A program made the position numbers and the translations under genes. A stretch of 62,955 nucleotides of DNA, counting the filler, from Chiloscyllium plagiosum (Eukaryota): NCBI RefSeq assembly GCF_004010195.1. It is 5 parts of one record of this genome, joined end to end, with 100 filler letters (N's around TTAATTAATTAA, not from the genome) between each part and the next. Parts side by side here need not be neighbours in the genome. Positions count along the whole stretch, not along the records: positions 26,915 to 54,275 come from NC_057715.1; positions 54,376 to 57,474 come from NC_057715.1; positions 57,575 to 62,955 come from NC_057715.1; 2 more parts are not named here. One strand, written 5' to 3'. Of the stretch, positions 50,922 to 61,460 are shown one piece after another. The notes under the pieces are model-generated. The model saw only the letters and a program-made list of their open reading frames with translations. It was not told the DNA's origin and searched no databases. Within the stretch, counting starts at the first letter, position 1, and every line of letters starts with the position of its first letter.

Positions 50922-51096
50922 AGAAAGTGAAGACTGCAGGTGCTGGGGATCAGAGTCGAGAGTGTAGTGCTGGAAACGCACAGCAGGTCAGGCAGCATCT
51001 GAGGACACTCATTCCTGATGAAGGGCTTATGCCCAAAACGTCGGTTCTCCTGCTTCTTGCCTGACCTGCTGTGCTTTTCCAACACCACACTCTTGA
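50922..51096. mobile_element. PLE family-1 fold-back mini-element
   Basis: 16-bp TSD CTTCAGCA(C/T)AGCATGG at 50906-50921 and 51097-51112. The hammerhead core at 51015 has G12>A. Confidence 0.85.
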
Positions 51097-53214
51097 CTTC
51101 AGCATAGCATGGGCAAGACGTAGCCTCCTCATTGATCTCCTGATAGCAGAAGTGCTGGAGTGAGTCATGGCTGTAACAACATCTAACTGCTATGACACCG
51201 GTGTAAGTTGCTCTTCAAGCTGAGCCTTAATTGCCATTGCACTGCTGTTTGAGATACAACCATGTAATGTTCTCTGACCAGATTGTTATTCTACCCAGTC
51301 TGCATGTGCCACCAAACAATGGTGCCACCATATGCATATTGCATTGTTAATCAGTCCCCATGACCCTGCATGTGCCATACATTTACAGAAAAATTCATTC
51401 CTAAGGTTGAAAAGTCCAATACACCAATCGTTGTCATTTCTTAACAGATGTTTTTTCCTTGAATTAAATAATTTTCTGTTGCACAAACAGAATAGATAAT
51501 AAGTCCTTTTGATCCAATTGTGACAGTTCCTTGAAAAGGTTCTGTCTCACCTTATTTCCTTGCTTTTTCACCCTTCTTTTGAAAATGTATCTAATCTTTT
51601 AAATGCTATGGTCTCACCAACCAATTTTGGTAAAATATTGCACCTCTCTTAACAAACTAGGTGGAAATAATCCTCACTTATTTTCCTCTTTGGTTCCTCT
51701 TGTGAATATATGGGGTTCATCGCCCCTGGTTACCCACCCACAAACCAGTGGAAGCAATTCATGAGGAATTATCTGCTCAAAAACCATTAATAATTCAGAA
51801 AGCCTGATTAAATGTCACCTCACCACCTTCATTTTCTCCATTCTAGTTGGAGGAAAGAAAAATATTTGTTAGAGCCTTCCATCATTGCTATAAGTTCTCA
51901 TTTTGGGTAGAAGAGGATGAATGAGCTCTTATAAGATTTTGGGAGGGTGAGCAACATAGTGATGTGCAATTAGAATAAGAAAATAAACACGGGTATTAAT
52001 CTGTAGCAGTATTAATTGAATAATGAGTGATTTTGTCTGCCCTCATGTTTGGTAGACTTAATTTAGTCTTCACCTCCAGCCCTCTTTAAATCCCATTGCT
52101 CATTGTAGTGTCTCTTCTGTTGCAGCCCAGGATTGCATAAAATTACAAGAAGATATTTAATAGATTCAGTTCATCAGAAAAACTGTGATAAATGGACTTT
52201 AATGTAGGGAAATGCTGAGGTCATTCAGTTTAGACTTCAGCAAGAATACATTCAAGTTAATGAAGCATGCAATTAAAATTCAAGTGATGGTCCTGAAAGG
52301 AAATTGGCTGTGTATAATGGACAATATTCAAACGTTGACGAAGTATAGCTTCTTGCCATGGGACTTTGGAACTGGACCTAAAAAAAGAAATTTGTAATCA
52401 AAGGTAAACACAACGAAGTGACTTCTTGAATGTACAGAGCAAGAAACGGCAGAGACCATTCAACCAAGATTGAAAAGACTTGCCTTGACTATTGCGTTCC
52501 TGTGGCTAAGCTGTCAAACTGCAAAACAGCGCTTACAGGATAACGAACTCTATGATTCAAAATATCTGGGTATGTATCCACATCTTTAGGAAATGCTAAT
52601 CGCCAAAACTGTTCATTAGAGTTAGACTCGTGTCAACACTATGATGAGGTTGTTGAAACAGTCGGCCTCATTGAAATACCTTCCTATGTTAATAGACTAA
52701 GCATGAACCCAGGATGTGAGATTGTTGCAAGATGTAAGAAAGATTAACCACAAGTGAGAGGAGTTTGCAGCAATCATTGTCATGGCCATGAGTTTGGGAA
52801 ATATGGTTAGGGATAGGGGTAGCAATCTACAAGGTAGGATTGGTCATGCAGAAAGGGAATGTACACATCTAAGTGGGCAATAGGGTGAGTGCAGTTCAGC
52901 AAGTTAACAGGAATAATTTTTGTATGGATTTGTTTAACTTGAAGGGAATAGGGTACTGATGTCTGTATGTTATTGGAGTGGACTGAGCTAAAACTGTAAG
53001 TTATGAGTTATAAATAAGTTGTAAGTGAACTGATTCTGTACTATCAGTAACTTACAAACATAAAGAGCCTATTCCAGCTCCTGAGTCCTATTTCCAAAAA
53101 TATCAAGAGATCCTGATATGAGTCTTGAGTATTTCCTTCACTCAGGTTTAGAGTTGAGTTAAAGAGGAGAGAAATGGTTCACTTCCTACAGAAGAGAGAA
53201 CGGTGCACCTCCAA

Positions 53215-54275
53215 TTTTGGTGTCATCTCCAAACTTACTAACTATACTTCTTATGCTCACATCCAAATCATTTATATAAATGATGAAAGGTAGTAGACCC
53301 AGTACCAACCCTTGTGGCACTCCACTGGTCACAGGCCTCCAGTCTGCAAAAAAACCATCCACCACTATCCTCTGTCTTCTACCTTTTGAGCCAGTTCTAT
53401 ATCCAAATGGCTAGTTCTCCCTATATTCCATGAGATCTAATCTTACTTACCAGTCTCCCATGGGGAACCTTGTCGAACGCCTTACTGAAGTCCATTAAGA
53501 TCACGTCTACTGCTTTGCCCTCATCAATCCTCTTTGTTACTTCTTCAAAAAACTCAATCAAGTTTGTGAGACATGATTTCCCATGCACAAAGCCATGTTG
53601 ACTATCCCGAGTCAGTCCTTGCCTTTCCAAATACATGTATACCCTTTGCTCAGGATTCCCTCTAACAACTTGCCCACCACCAACGTCAGGCTCACCAGTC
53701 TATAGTTCCCTGGCTTGTCCTTACCACCTTCTTAAACAGTGGCACCATGTTCGCCATCCTCCAGTCTTCTGGCACCTCACCTGTGACTATCAATGATACA
53801 AATATTTCAGTAAGAGGCCCAGCAATCACTTCTCTAGGCTTCCCTCAGAGTTCTAGGGTACACCTGATCCAGTCCTGGGGATTTTTCCACTTTATGCATT
53901 TCAAGACATCCAGAACTTCCTCCACTGCAATATGGACATTTTTCCAGATGTCTCAATCCATTTCCCTACATTCTATGTCTTTCATGTTCTCCTCCACAAT
54001 AAACACTGATGCAAAATACTCGTTTAGTAGACAATAGACAATAGACAATAGGTGCAGGAGTAGGCCATTCTGCCCTTCGAGCCTGCACCGCCATTCAATA
54101 TAATCATGGCTGATCATTCCTAATCAGTATCCTGTTCCTGCCTTATCTCCATAATCCTTGATTCCACTATCTTTGAGAGCTCTATCCAACTCCTTCTTAA
54201 ATGAATCCAGAGAGTAGGCCTCTACTGCCCTCTGGGGCAGAGCATTCCACACAGCCACCACTCTCTGGGTGAAGA
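53215..54275 (-). mobile_element. CR1 RT fragment (53215-54028) plus the 3' end of another CR1 (54029-54275)
   Basis: DSQHGFVHGKSCLTNLIEFFEEVT..VDVILMDFSKAFDKVPH and a KFGDDTK motif; (AGACAAT)3 tail at 54029-54049. Confidence 0.88.
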
Positions 54276-54375
54276 NNNNNNNNNNNNNNNNNNNNNNNNN
54301 NNNNNNNNNNNNNNNNNNNTTAATTAATTAANNNNNNNNNNNNNNNNNNNNNNNNNNNNNNNNNNNNNNNNNNNN
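54276..54375. other. Assembly gap with TTAATTAATTAA linker
   Basis: 44N + 12 + 44N. Confidence 0.97.
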
Positions 54376-54583
54376 GTCTGACCTATCACCCTCACCTTGA
54401 CCTCTTTCCACCTATCACATTTCCGATGCCCCTCCCCCAAGTCCCTCCTCCCTACCTTTTATCTTAGCCTGCTGGACAAACTTTCCTCATTCCTGAAGAA
54501 GGGCTTATGCCCGAAACGTCGATTCTCCTGTTCCCTGGATGCTGCCTGACCTGCTGCGCTTTTCCAGCAACACATTTCCAGCT
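54376..54583 (+). mobile_element. Young PLE family-1 pLTR end
   Basis: Near-identical to 57606-57812. Confidence 0.85.
54493..54520 (+). ncRNA. Minimal hammerhead ribozyme core (family 1)
   Basis: CTGAAGA-A-GGGC-TTAT-GCCC-GAAA-CGTC. Confidence 0.75.
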
Positions 54584-54811
54584 AATATTTAATTTAGCTC
54601 ATTAAGGATTTATTCATCACTGAATTTGACACTTAGCAATGAGGTAAACAGGCTATGCTGGCCTTCAATTGGACTCTGGCTAGCCAGGAGAAAAACACTA
54701 TTTACCACCTTAATGCTGGCAAATGGGACTAGTTCAGTTTAAGAAACTGAGTAAGCATGGACAAGTTGGGCCGAAGGGCCTGTTTCTGTGCTGTATGATT
54801 CAATGATTTCA

Positions 54812-55023
54812 TCCGGGTGGGTTTCCTCCGGGTGCTCTGGTTTCCTCCCATAGTCCAAAGATGTGCAGGTAAGGTGAATTGGCCATGCTAAATTGCCCGT
54901 AGTGTTAGGTAAGGGGTAAATGTAGGGGTATGCGTGGGTTGCGCTTCGGCGGGTCGGTGTGGACTTGTTGGGCCGAAGGGCCTGTTTCCACACTGTAATG
55001 TAATGTAATCCAATCTAATCTAA
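54812..55023 (+). mobile_element. HE1-type V-SINE, 5'-truncated
   Basis: 3' half of the V-domain plus tail. Confidence 0.85.
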
Positions 55024-55162
55024 TGATCCGTCATCCACTTATCTCGTCCCGAATATCTGCCTTGGAAAGTTCAATTGATGAAAGCTTTTTGCTGTTGGAA
55101 TATTCCACTCTTATAGAAATATAAATAAAAGGAGCAGAAGTAAGCCTTTCTACCCATTGAGC

Positions 55163-55386
55163 TGAAAATGTGTTGCTGGAAAAGCGCAGCAGGTCAGGCA
55201 GCATCCAAGGGACAGGAGAATCGACGTTTCGGGCATAAGCCCTTGTTCAGGAATCATAAGAAGGGCTTATGCCCGAAACGTCGATTCTCCTGCTCCTTGG
55301 ATGCTGCCTGACCTGCTGCACTTTTCCAGCAACACATTTTCAGCTCTGATCTCCAGCATCTGCAGTCCTCACTTTCTCCTCAAAGA
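55163..55386. mobile_element. PLE family-1 fold-back mini-element
   Basis: Near-perfect ~85-bp inverted arms. 16-bp TSD TTTCTACCCATTGAGC at 55147-55162 and 55387-55402. Confidence 0.88.
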
Positions 55387-56593
55387 TTTCTACCCATTGA
55401 GCCCACTCACCATTTAACATGGTTAATCTTCTCGAACAATGTCATGCTCTCACTCTCCCTCAAACTTCCTTTATATCGTTAACTTCTAAAATTCACCTAT
55501 TTCTTTCCTAAATATATTCATCAACTTGGCCGCAACAGCTTTCTATAGTAAATAGTTCTGTAGGTTCATCACCCTCAGAGCAAAAAAAAATTCCTCATCC
55601 ATTAACTTTTGTGAAAGAAAGTTTGCTCTGATTTTACTCCCGATTAATCTAATGCTGAATTTACACTCTGCCATAGGAAATAGCTTCTCTGCATTTACAC
55701 TGCTGCATCTCTTTAATTAGTTAAATCTCTTCAATAAGATCTCTTCTTAACCTACTGCATTTAAAGTTGAACAAATTTATACAGCCTATTCAAGTTATGC
55801 AGTGCGGTGGCAGTGTCCATACCTCCTACACAGGTGACCTTGGTCCAGGTCCCAGACATATGTAAATATGTGTCCAAACAAGTTATTTGAAAATAATCAT
55901 ATAGTCTGTCTTCATAATTTACTAAGCTCATTCATTTGCATCCATACTGTACTTCTCTAAAGTAAATATTTATTTCCAAATATTTGGTAACCAAAACTGA
56001 AAACAGTTGTTATTGGAAGGCTGTCCGAAGCAGCAAAGTTTTTTTCTTTTAATCATTTTTGAGATTATGGGTATTGCTAGCTGACCAGTATTTATTGCCC
56101 ATCCCTAGTTGGCCTTGTGAAGGTGGGGCTGAGCTGCCTGCTGGAATTGCTGCAGTCCACTTGTTGTGGAGTTGACCCACAACATCATTAGGGAGGGAAT
56201 TCCAGGATTTTGACCAAGCAACAGTGAAAGAACAGTGATATATTTCCAAGTCAGGATTGTGAGTAGCTTGGAGGGGAATTTGAAGGTGGTGGTGGTGTTC
56301 CCATATATCTGCTGCCCTTGTCCTTCTAGATGGAAGTGGTCATGGGTTTGGAAGGTGCTGTCTGAGGATCTTTAGTGAATTTATGCACTACATCCTGTAG
56401 GTAGCACACACTGCTGCTACCATGTGTCGGTGGTGGAGGGATTGGATACTTGTGGATGCAATACCAGTCAAGAGTCTTGTTAGGGCTGCAATTATCCAAG
56501 GAAGTGGGAGAATTCCATTGCATTCATGACTTGTGCCTTGTAGATAGTGGACAGGCTTTGAGGAATCAGGAGGTGAGTCAATCACCACAGTAT

Positions 56594-56926
56594 TTAGATT
56601 TAGATTTAGATTTAGATTTAGATTAGACTACAGTGTGGAAACAGGCCCTTCGGCCCAGCAAGTCCACACCGATCCGCCGAAGCGAAACCCACCCATACCC
56701 CTACATTTACCCCTTACCTAACACTACGGGCAATTTAGCATGGCCAATTCACCTGACCCTGCACATCTTTGGATGGTGGGAGGAAACCGGAGCACCCGGA
56801 GGAAACCCACGCAGACACGGGGAGAACGTGCAAACTCCACACAGTCAGTCGCCTGCGGCGGAATTGAACCCAGGTCTCTGGCGCTGTGAAGCAGCAGTGC
56901 TAACCACTGTGCCACCGTGCCGCCCT
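56594..56926 (-). mobile_element. HE1-type V-SINE, full length
   Basis: Reverse complement GGGCGGCACGGTGGCACAGTGGTTAGCACTGCTG head, V-domain and (TTAGAT)n tail. Confidence 0.9.
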
Positions 56927-57096
56927 AATCCTATTTCTGGATTCTGACCTGCTCTTGTAGCCGCTGTGTTTCGGTGGTGATTCCAGTTGAGTTTCTGGAC
57001 AATGATAATACCCAGGATGTTGACAATGGAGCATTCAGTGATGATAACACCATTGAATGTCAAGGGGCAGGAGTTAGATTGGCTCTATTGGTGATG

Positions 57097-57301
57097 CTGA
57101 GCTGAAAATGTGTTGCTGGAAAAGCGCAGCAGGTCAGGCAGCATCCAAGGAGCGGGAGAATCGACATTTCAGGCAAGGGCTCATGCCCAAAATGTCGATT
57201 CCCCTGCTCCTTGGATGCTGCCTGACCTGCTGCGCTTTTCCAGCAACACATTTTCAGCTCTGATCTCCAGCATCTGCAGTCCTCACTTTCTCCTAGAAGA
57301 T
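57097..57301. mobile_element. PLE family-1 fold-back mini-element
   Basis: 13-bp TSD TCTATTGGTGATG at 57084-57096 and 57302-57314. Confidence 0.85.
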
Positions 57302-57474
57302 TCTATTGGTGATGGTCATTGCCTAGCATTTGTGTGGTGTGACTATTACTTGCCACTTGTCAGGTCATGGCGATCGCTGCCCAGACAACCGCCTCCGCGA
57401 TCGCCATGAAGACAATCACCGGCAGATTCGCGACCTCCGCAGCTATGGGGAATAACTCTGTCTCTGCGGTCGCC

Positions 57475-57574
57475 NNNNNNNNNNNNNNNNNNNNNNNNNN
57501 NNNNNNNNNNNNNNNNNNTTAATTAATTAANNNNNNNNNNNNNNNNNNNNNNNNNNNNNNNNNNNNNNNNNNNN
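57475..57574. other. Assembly gap with TTAATTAATTAA linker
   Basis: 44N + 12 + 44N. Confidence 0.97.
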
Positions 57575-57812
57575 TCTTCTTCCCGACCTCTCCGCCCCCA
57601 CCCCAGTCTGACCTTTCACCCTCACCTTGACCTCTTTCCACCTATCACATTTCCGACGCCCCTCCCCCAAGTCCCTCCTCCCACCTTTTATCTTAGCCTG
57701 CTGGACAAATTTTCCTCATTCCTGAAGAAGGGCTTATGCCCGAAACGTCGATTCTCCTGTTCCCTGGATGCTGCCTGACCTGCTGCGCTTTTTCAGCAAC
57801 ACATTTCCAGCT
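57575..57812 (+). mobile_element. Young PLE family-1 pLTR end
   Basis: Family-1 pLTR, near-identical to 54376-54583. Confidence 0.85.
57722..57749 (+). ncRNA. Minimal hammerhead ribozyme core (family 1)
   Basis: CTGAAGA-A-GGGC-TTAT-GCCC-GAAA-CGTC. Confidence 0.75.
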
Positions 57813-58429
57813 ATTGTCCAGATCTTGTTGAATTTGGACATGGACTGCATCAGTTTCTGAGGAGTCACAGATGGTGCTAAACATTGTGCAATCACCAGCA
57901 AAAGTATACACTTCTGACATTACAATTGAGACTCAACTGATACTTCCCCTCCCCCCCATATCCTGAGTCCATCTGAGATCAATCAACTTAATGCAGATTG
58001 AAATCTCCACTGCTGTATTAGTTCCACACTGAAGAGGATGATAAACAATGAACAATTGAGGAGTTGGATAGTTTACTGTTACATGGAAGTTCCAGGCACT
58101 TTTTATAAATCTTGACACTGGAAGATTTGAAATCAATCCAATGAATACAGATGTTACTATAGTATGATTCATACAAATTCAATGCATTAGCATTCAAAAC
58201 TAGAATCAGTGGCTATCAATGAATACAGTAGAAAAGTAGGATAAATAAATAAATAGCATAAATTATCGATGTGCTGGACATCTGTGTACTTGTCCTTAAG
58301 AGTGCGAGGAGAAAGGCTTTCAACACTATTCAAAGGCTGTCCAACTAAGCTACCGTAATTAACATTTTAATGAATGTATTAAACCTGGCTATCAATCAGT
58401 ATTTTGCTAGGATCCCCATGGTGGAATTA

Positions 58430-59345
58430 TAAACCAAACCAGCCAATTACCACTCAATATACTCTCAATTGTTGATAAAGTGATGGAATGGGTCATCAAA
58501 CTGCTATCAAGCTTTTGCTCAGCAATAACTTGCTCTGTGATGCCCAATCTGGGTTTTGCCAGGCACACTCAGTTCCTGACTTCATTCCAGCCTTGATTCA
58601 AACATGGACACAAGAGCTGAATTCCAAAGGTGAGGTGAGTGACAGCCCTTGATATCAAGGTCACATTTAACTCAATATGTCATCAAGGAGCCCTAACAAA
58701 AGTGGAGTCAATGGGAATTGCCAATGAGTAAACATTCTCTACTGATTGGAGTCATACCTGGCACAAAGGAAGCTGGTTGTGATTTTTGGAGGTCAATCAT
58801 CTCAGTGTGGCGTCATCTCCTCAGGAGTTCTGCAGTGTAGTGTCTGAGACCCTACCTTCTCCTCTGGCTCCATCGATGACATTCCCTTCGTTATAGGGTC
58901 AGAAATGTGAATGTTGACCAACAATTGCATAATATTCAGCACCATTCATGACTCCTCAGGTATTTAAGTAATCGAGGTCTAAATGCAGCAAGATCTGGAC
59001 AATATTCAGGTTTGGGCTGAAGTGAGGCAAGTGGCATTTGTGTCACACTAGTGCCAGGCTATGACCATCTCCAAGTATAGAGAAGCAAACCATCACCACT
59101 TGATATTCAATGAAATTACCATCACTAAATCCCTACCACCAGCATCCAGGGGGTTGCCATCAATCAGAAATTGATTTGGAGTAGGCATATAAATACAATT
59201 GCTAAAGAAGCACGTCAGAGTTTAAGAATCCTGCAATGAGTAACTTACTGACTGATTTCCAAAAGCCTGACTACAATCTCCTGGACTCAGGTCAGGAATA
59301 CTCTTCATTTTCCTGGATGAGTGCTGATTCAACAACACTCAAGCC
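58430..59345 (+). mobile_element. LINE family B RT fragment, degraded
   Basis: Colinear with 22555-23470 (GCCAATTAC..GATGCCCA..CACTCAGTTCCTGAC..ACAGCCCTTGATATCAAGG). Confidence 0.75.
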
Positions 59346-59925
59346 ACTCAAAGTAAGTTCAAAAATTAATTGACAGGCAAATGATGCTTCAAGGTTATTG
59401 TATGAAATAGAATAACATATCAATCTAGAAAATAGACTAACTGCCGGAAAGAAAACAGAGACAATACAGGAATGGGTCATTTTCAAATTGGCAGGATATG
59501 ACAAGTCAAATCTCATGAGATTTTGTACTGGGGGCAGAAGATTGTACAAGTTATACCAATAATTCAATGAGGGAACAAAGGCACAGTGGCTAAATTAGCT
59601 AGGTGGAAAAGTATGCTGTTAAGAGGGAATCAACAGGATGCAGAGGGATGTAGATATATTGAGTGAGTGGGCAAAGATCTGGCAGAAAAGTAAAAAGTGG
59701 GAAAATTTGGCAGGAAGAATAAAAATATAGAGTCTTACTTAAATGGAGACGATAAAGGTAAACAGATTCTTGCTAGACAATGGAATCTAAAGTTATCCAG
59801 AGTATATAGAAATATGGAATTCAAAATGTTAGCAAATCAGCAATGATCTCATTAAACCACAGATCAAATTTGAGCAGTCAAATGGTCTACCTCTGATCCT
59901 GATTCATATATTTCTGTGTTTGTAT

Positions 59926-60152
59926 GGAGGAGAAAGTGAGGACTGCAGGTGCTAGAGATCAGAATCGAGAGTGTGGTGCTGGAAAAGCTCAGCAGGTCAA
60001 GCTGTATCCGAGGAGCAGGAGAATTGACTTTTCGGGCATAAGCCCTTCATCAGGAATGAGGGGCTGTTGAAGGGCTTATGCCCAAAACATCGATTCTCCT
60101 GCTCCTCAGATGCTGCCTGACCTCCTGTGCTTTTCAAGGACCACACTCTCAA
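59926..60152. mobile_element. PLE family-1 fold-back mini-element
   Basis: 12-bp TSD CTGTGTTTGTAT at 59914-59925 and 60153-60164. Confidence 0.85.
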
Positions 60153-60164
60153 CTGTGTTTGTAT

Positions 60165-61460
60165 TGAAATGAATTTATTGTCACGTGTACCAAGGCACAG
60201 TGAAAAGCTTTATCTTGCGAACAATACAGGTAGATCACAGAATTAAATAGCATAGATAAGTAAATAATAGGTAAACAGCGGCAAAAACCAAAACACAGGT
60301 ATTGGTAAATACTAAGAGTTTGTGAATCCATACAAGATGACCAGAGGATTAGATAGGGTAGACAGTGAAATACTTTTTCCTAGGATGATGACGTCAGCTT
60401 GTACGAGAGGGCATAACTACAAATTGAGGGGTGATAGATTTAAGACAGATATCAGAGGAAAGTTCTTTACGCAGAGAGTGGTAAGGATGTGGAATGCCCT
60501 ACCTGCTAATGTAGTGAATTCAGCCACATTAGGGAGATTTAAACAATCCTTAGATAAGCACATGGATGATTTTGGGATAGTGTAGGAGGACGAGCAGAGA
60601 ATAGTTCACAGGTCGGCGGAGCATCGAGGGCCGAAGGGCCTGTTCTGCGCTGTATTGTTCGATGTTCGATGTTCTATGTTCTATGTTCTATTCTAACAAT
60701 AGTAGGGTAGAAACTGTTTCAAAACTGGCTGGTGTGTGTGTTCAGGCTTCTGTACCTTCTCCCCGATGGTAGAAGTTGTCGAAAATCATTGCCAGGGTGG
60801 GATGGATCTTTGAGAATGTTGGCGGCCTTTCTTTGACAGGATCTTTGAGAATGTTGGCGGCCTTTCTTTGACAGCGGGCCTGGTAGATGGATTCTATAGA
60901 TGGGAGGTTGGCCTTTGTGATTGTCTGGGCCGAGTTCACCACTCTCTGTAACCGTCTCCGATCTTGAATGGCACAGTTGCCATACCAGGTAGTGATACAC
61001 TCAGAGAATGCTCTCAATGGCACACCTATAAAAGTTGGCAAGGGTATTCACCATCATGCCAAATTTTCACAGCTGCCTGAGGAAGAAGAGACATTGTTGG
61101 GCCTTTGTAACCAGTGCATCCACATGAAGATTCCAAAAAAGCTTGTTGTGGATGACCACTCCCAGGAGCTTGACACTCTCCACTTGTTCCACTTCTGTGC
61201 TGTTAATGTGTAGGGGGTAATGAGTAACATCCTGCCGAAAGTCAGTAGTGATTTCCTTAGTTTTGCCGGCATTGAGGGCTAGGTTGTTCTCAGTGCACCA
61301 TTTTTCCAGGTCTTCCACCTGCCGTCTGTAGTCTGTTTCATCGCCATCTGAGATTCGAACGACTATGTTAGTGTCATCAGCAAACTTATAATTGGCATTC
61401 GTCTGATATTTGGCAAAGCAGTCATGGGTATACAGTGAATACAGTAGGGGACTGTGTACA
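60165..61460 (-). mobile_element. Rex1/Babar-clade LINE 3' part with nested CR1 3' end (+, 60331-60690)
   Basis: SPLLYSLYTHDC..KFADDT..DETDYRRQVEDLEKWCTENNLALNAGKTKE..KAQQCLFFLRQL, CITTWYGNC..RRRLQRVV..A and ILKDPSHPG..LLPSGRRYRS. Confidence 0.85.
60804..60873. repeat. 35-bp tandem duplication in the Rex1-like ORF
   Basis: GGATCTTTGAGAATGTTGGCGGCCTTTCTTTGACA occurs twice. Confidence 0.9.

Larger units (their letters stand above)
56050..57362 (-). mobile_element. LINE family B 3' part, carrying HE1 and PLE insertions; resumes at 57813-57925
   Basis: TFNGVIITECSIVNILG..KLNW and FAGDCTMFSTI..QQDLDN. Colinear with 23020-23870. Confidence 0.8.

Noticed and set aside
3717..60152. Recurring palindromic repeats read as a CRISPR array or as classic DNA-transposon MITEs
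   Set aside because: They are dispersed, not regularly spaced, and there are no cas genes. The same arms terminate GIY-YIG-coding PLE fragments, TSD length varies (10-16 bp) and the arms are asymmetric, unlike cut-and-paste TIR elements.
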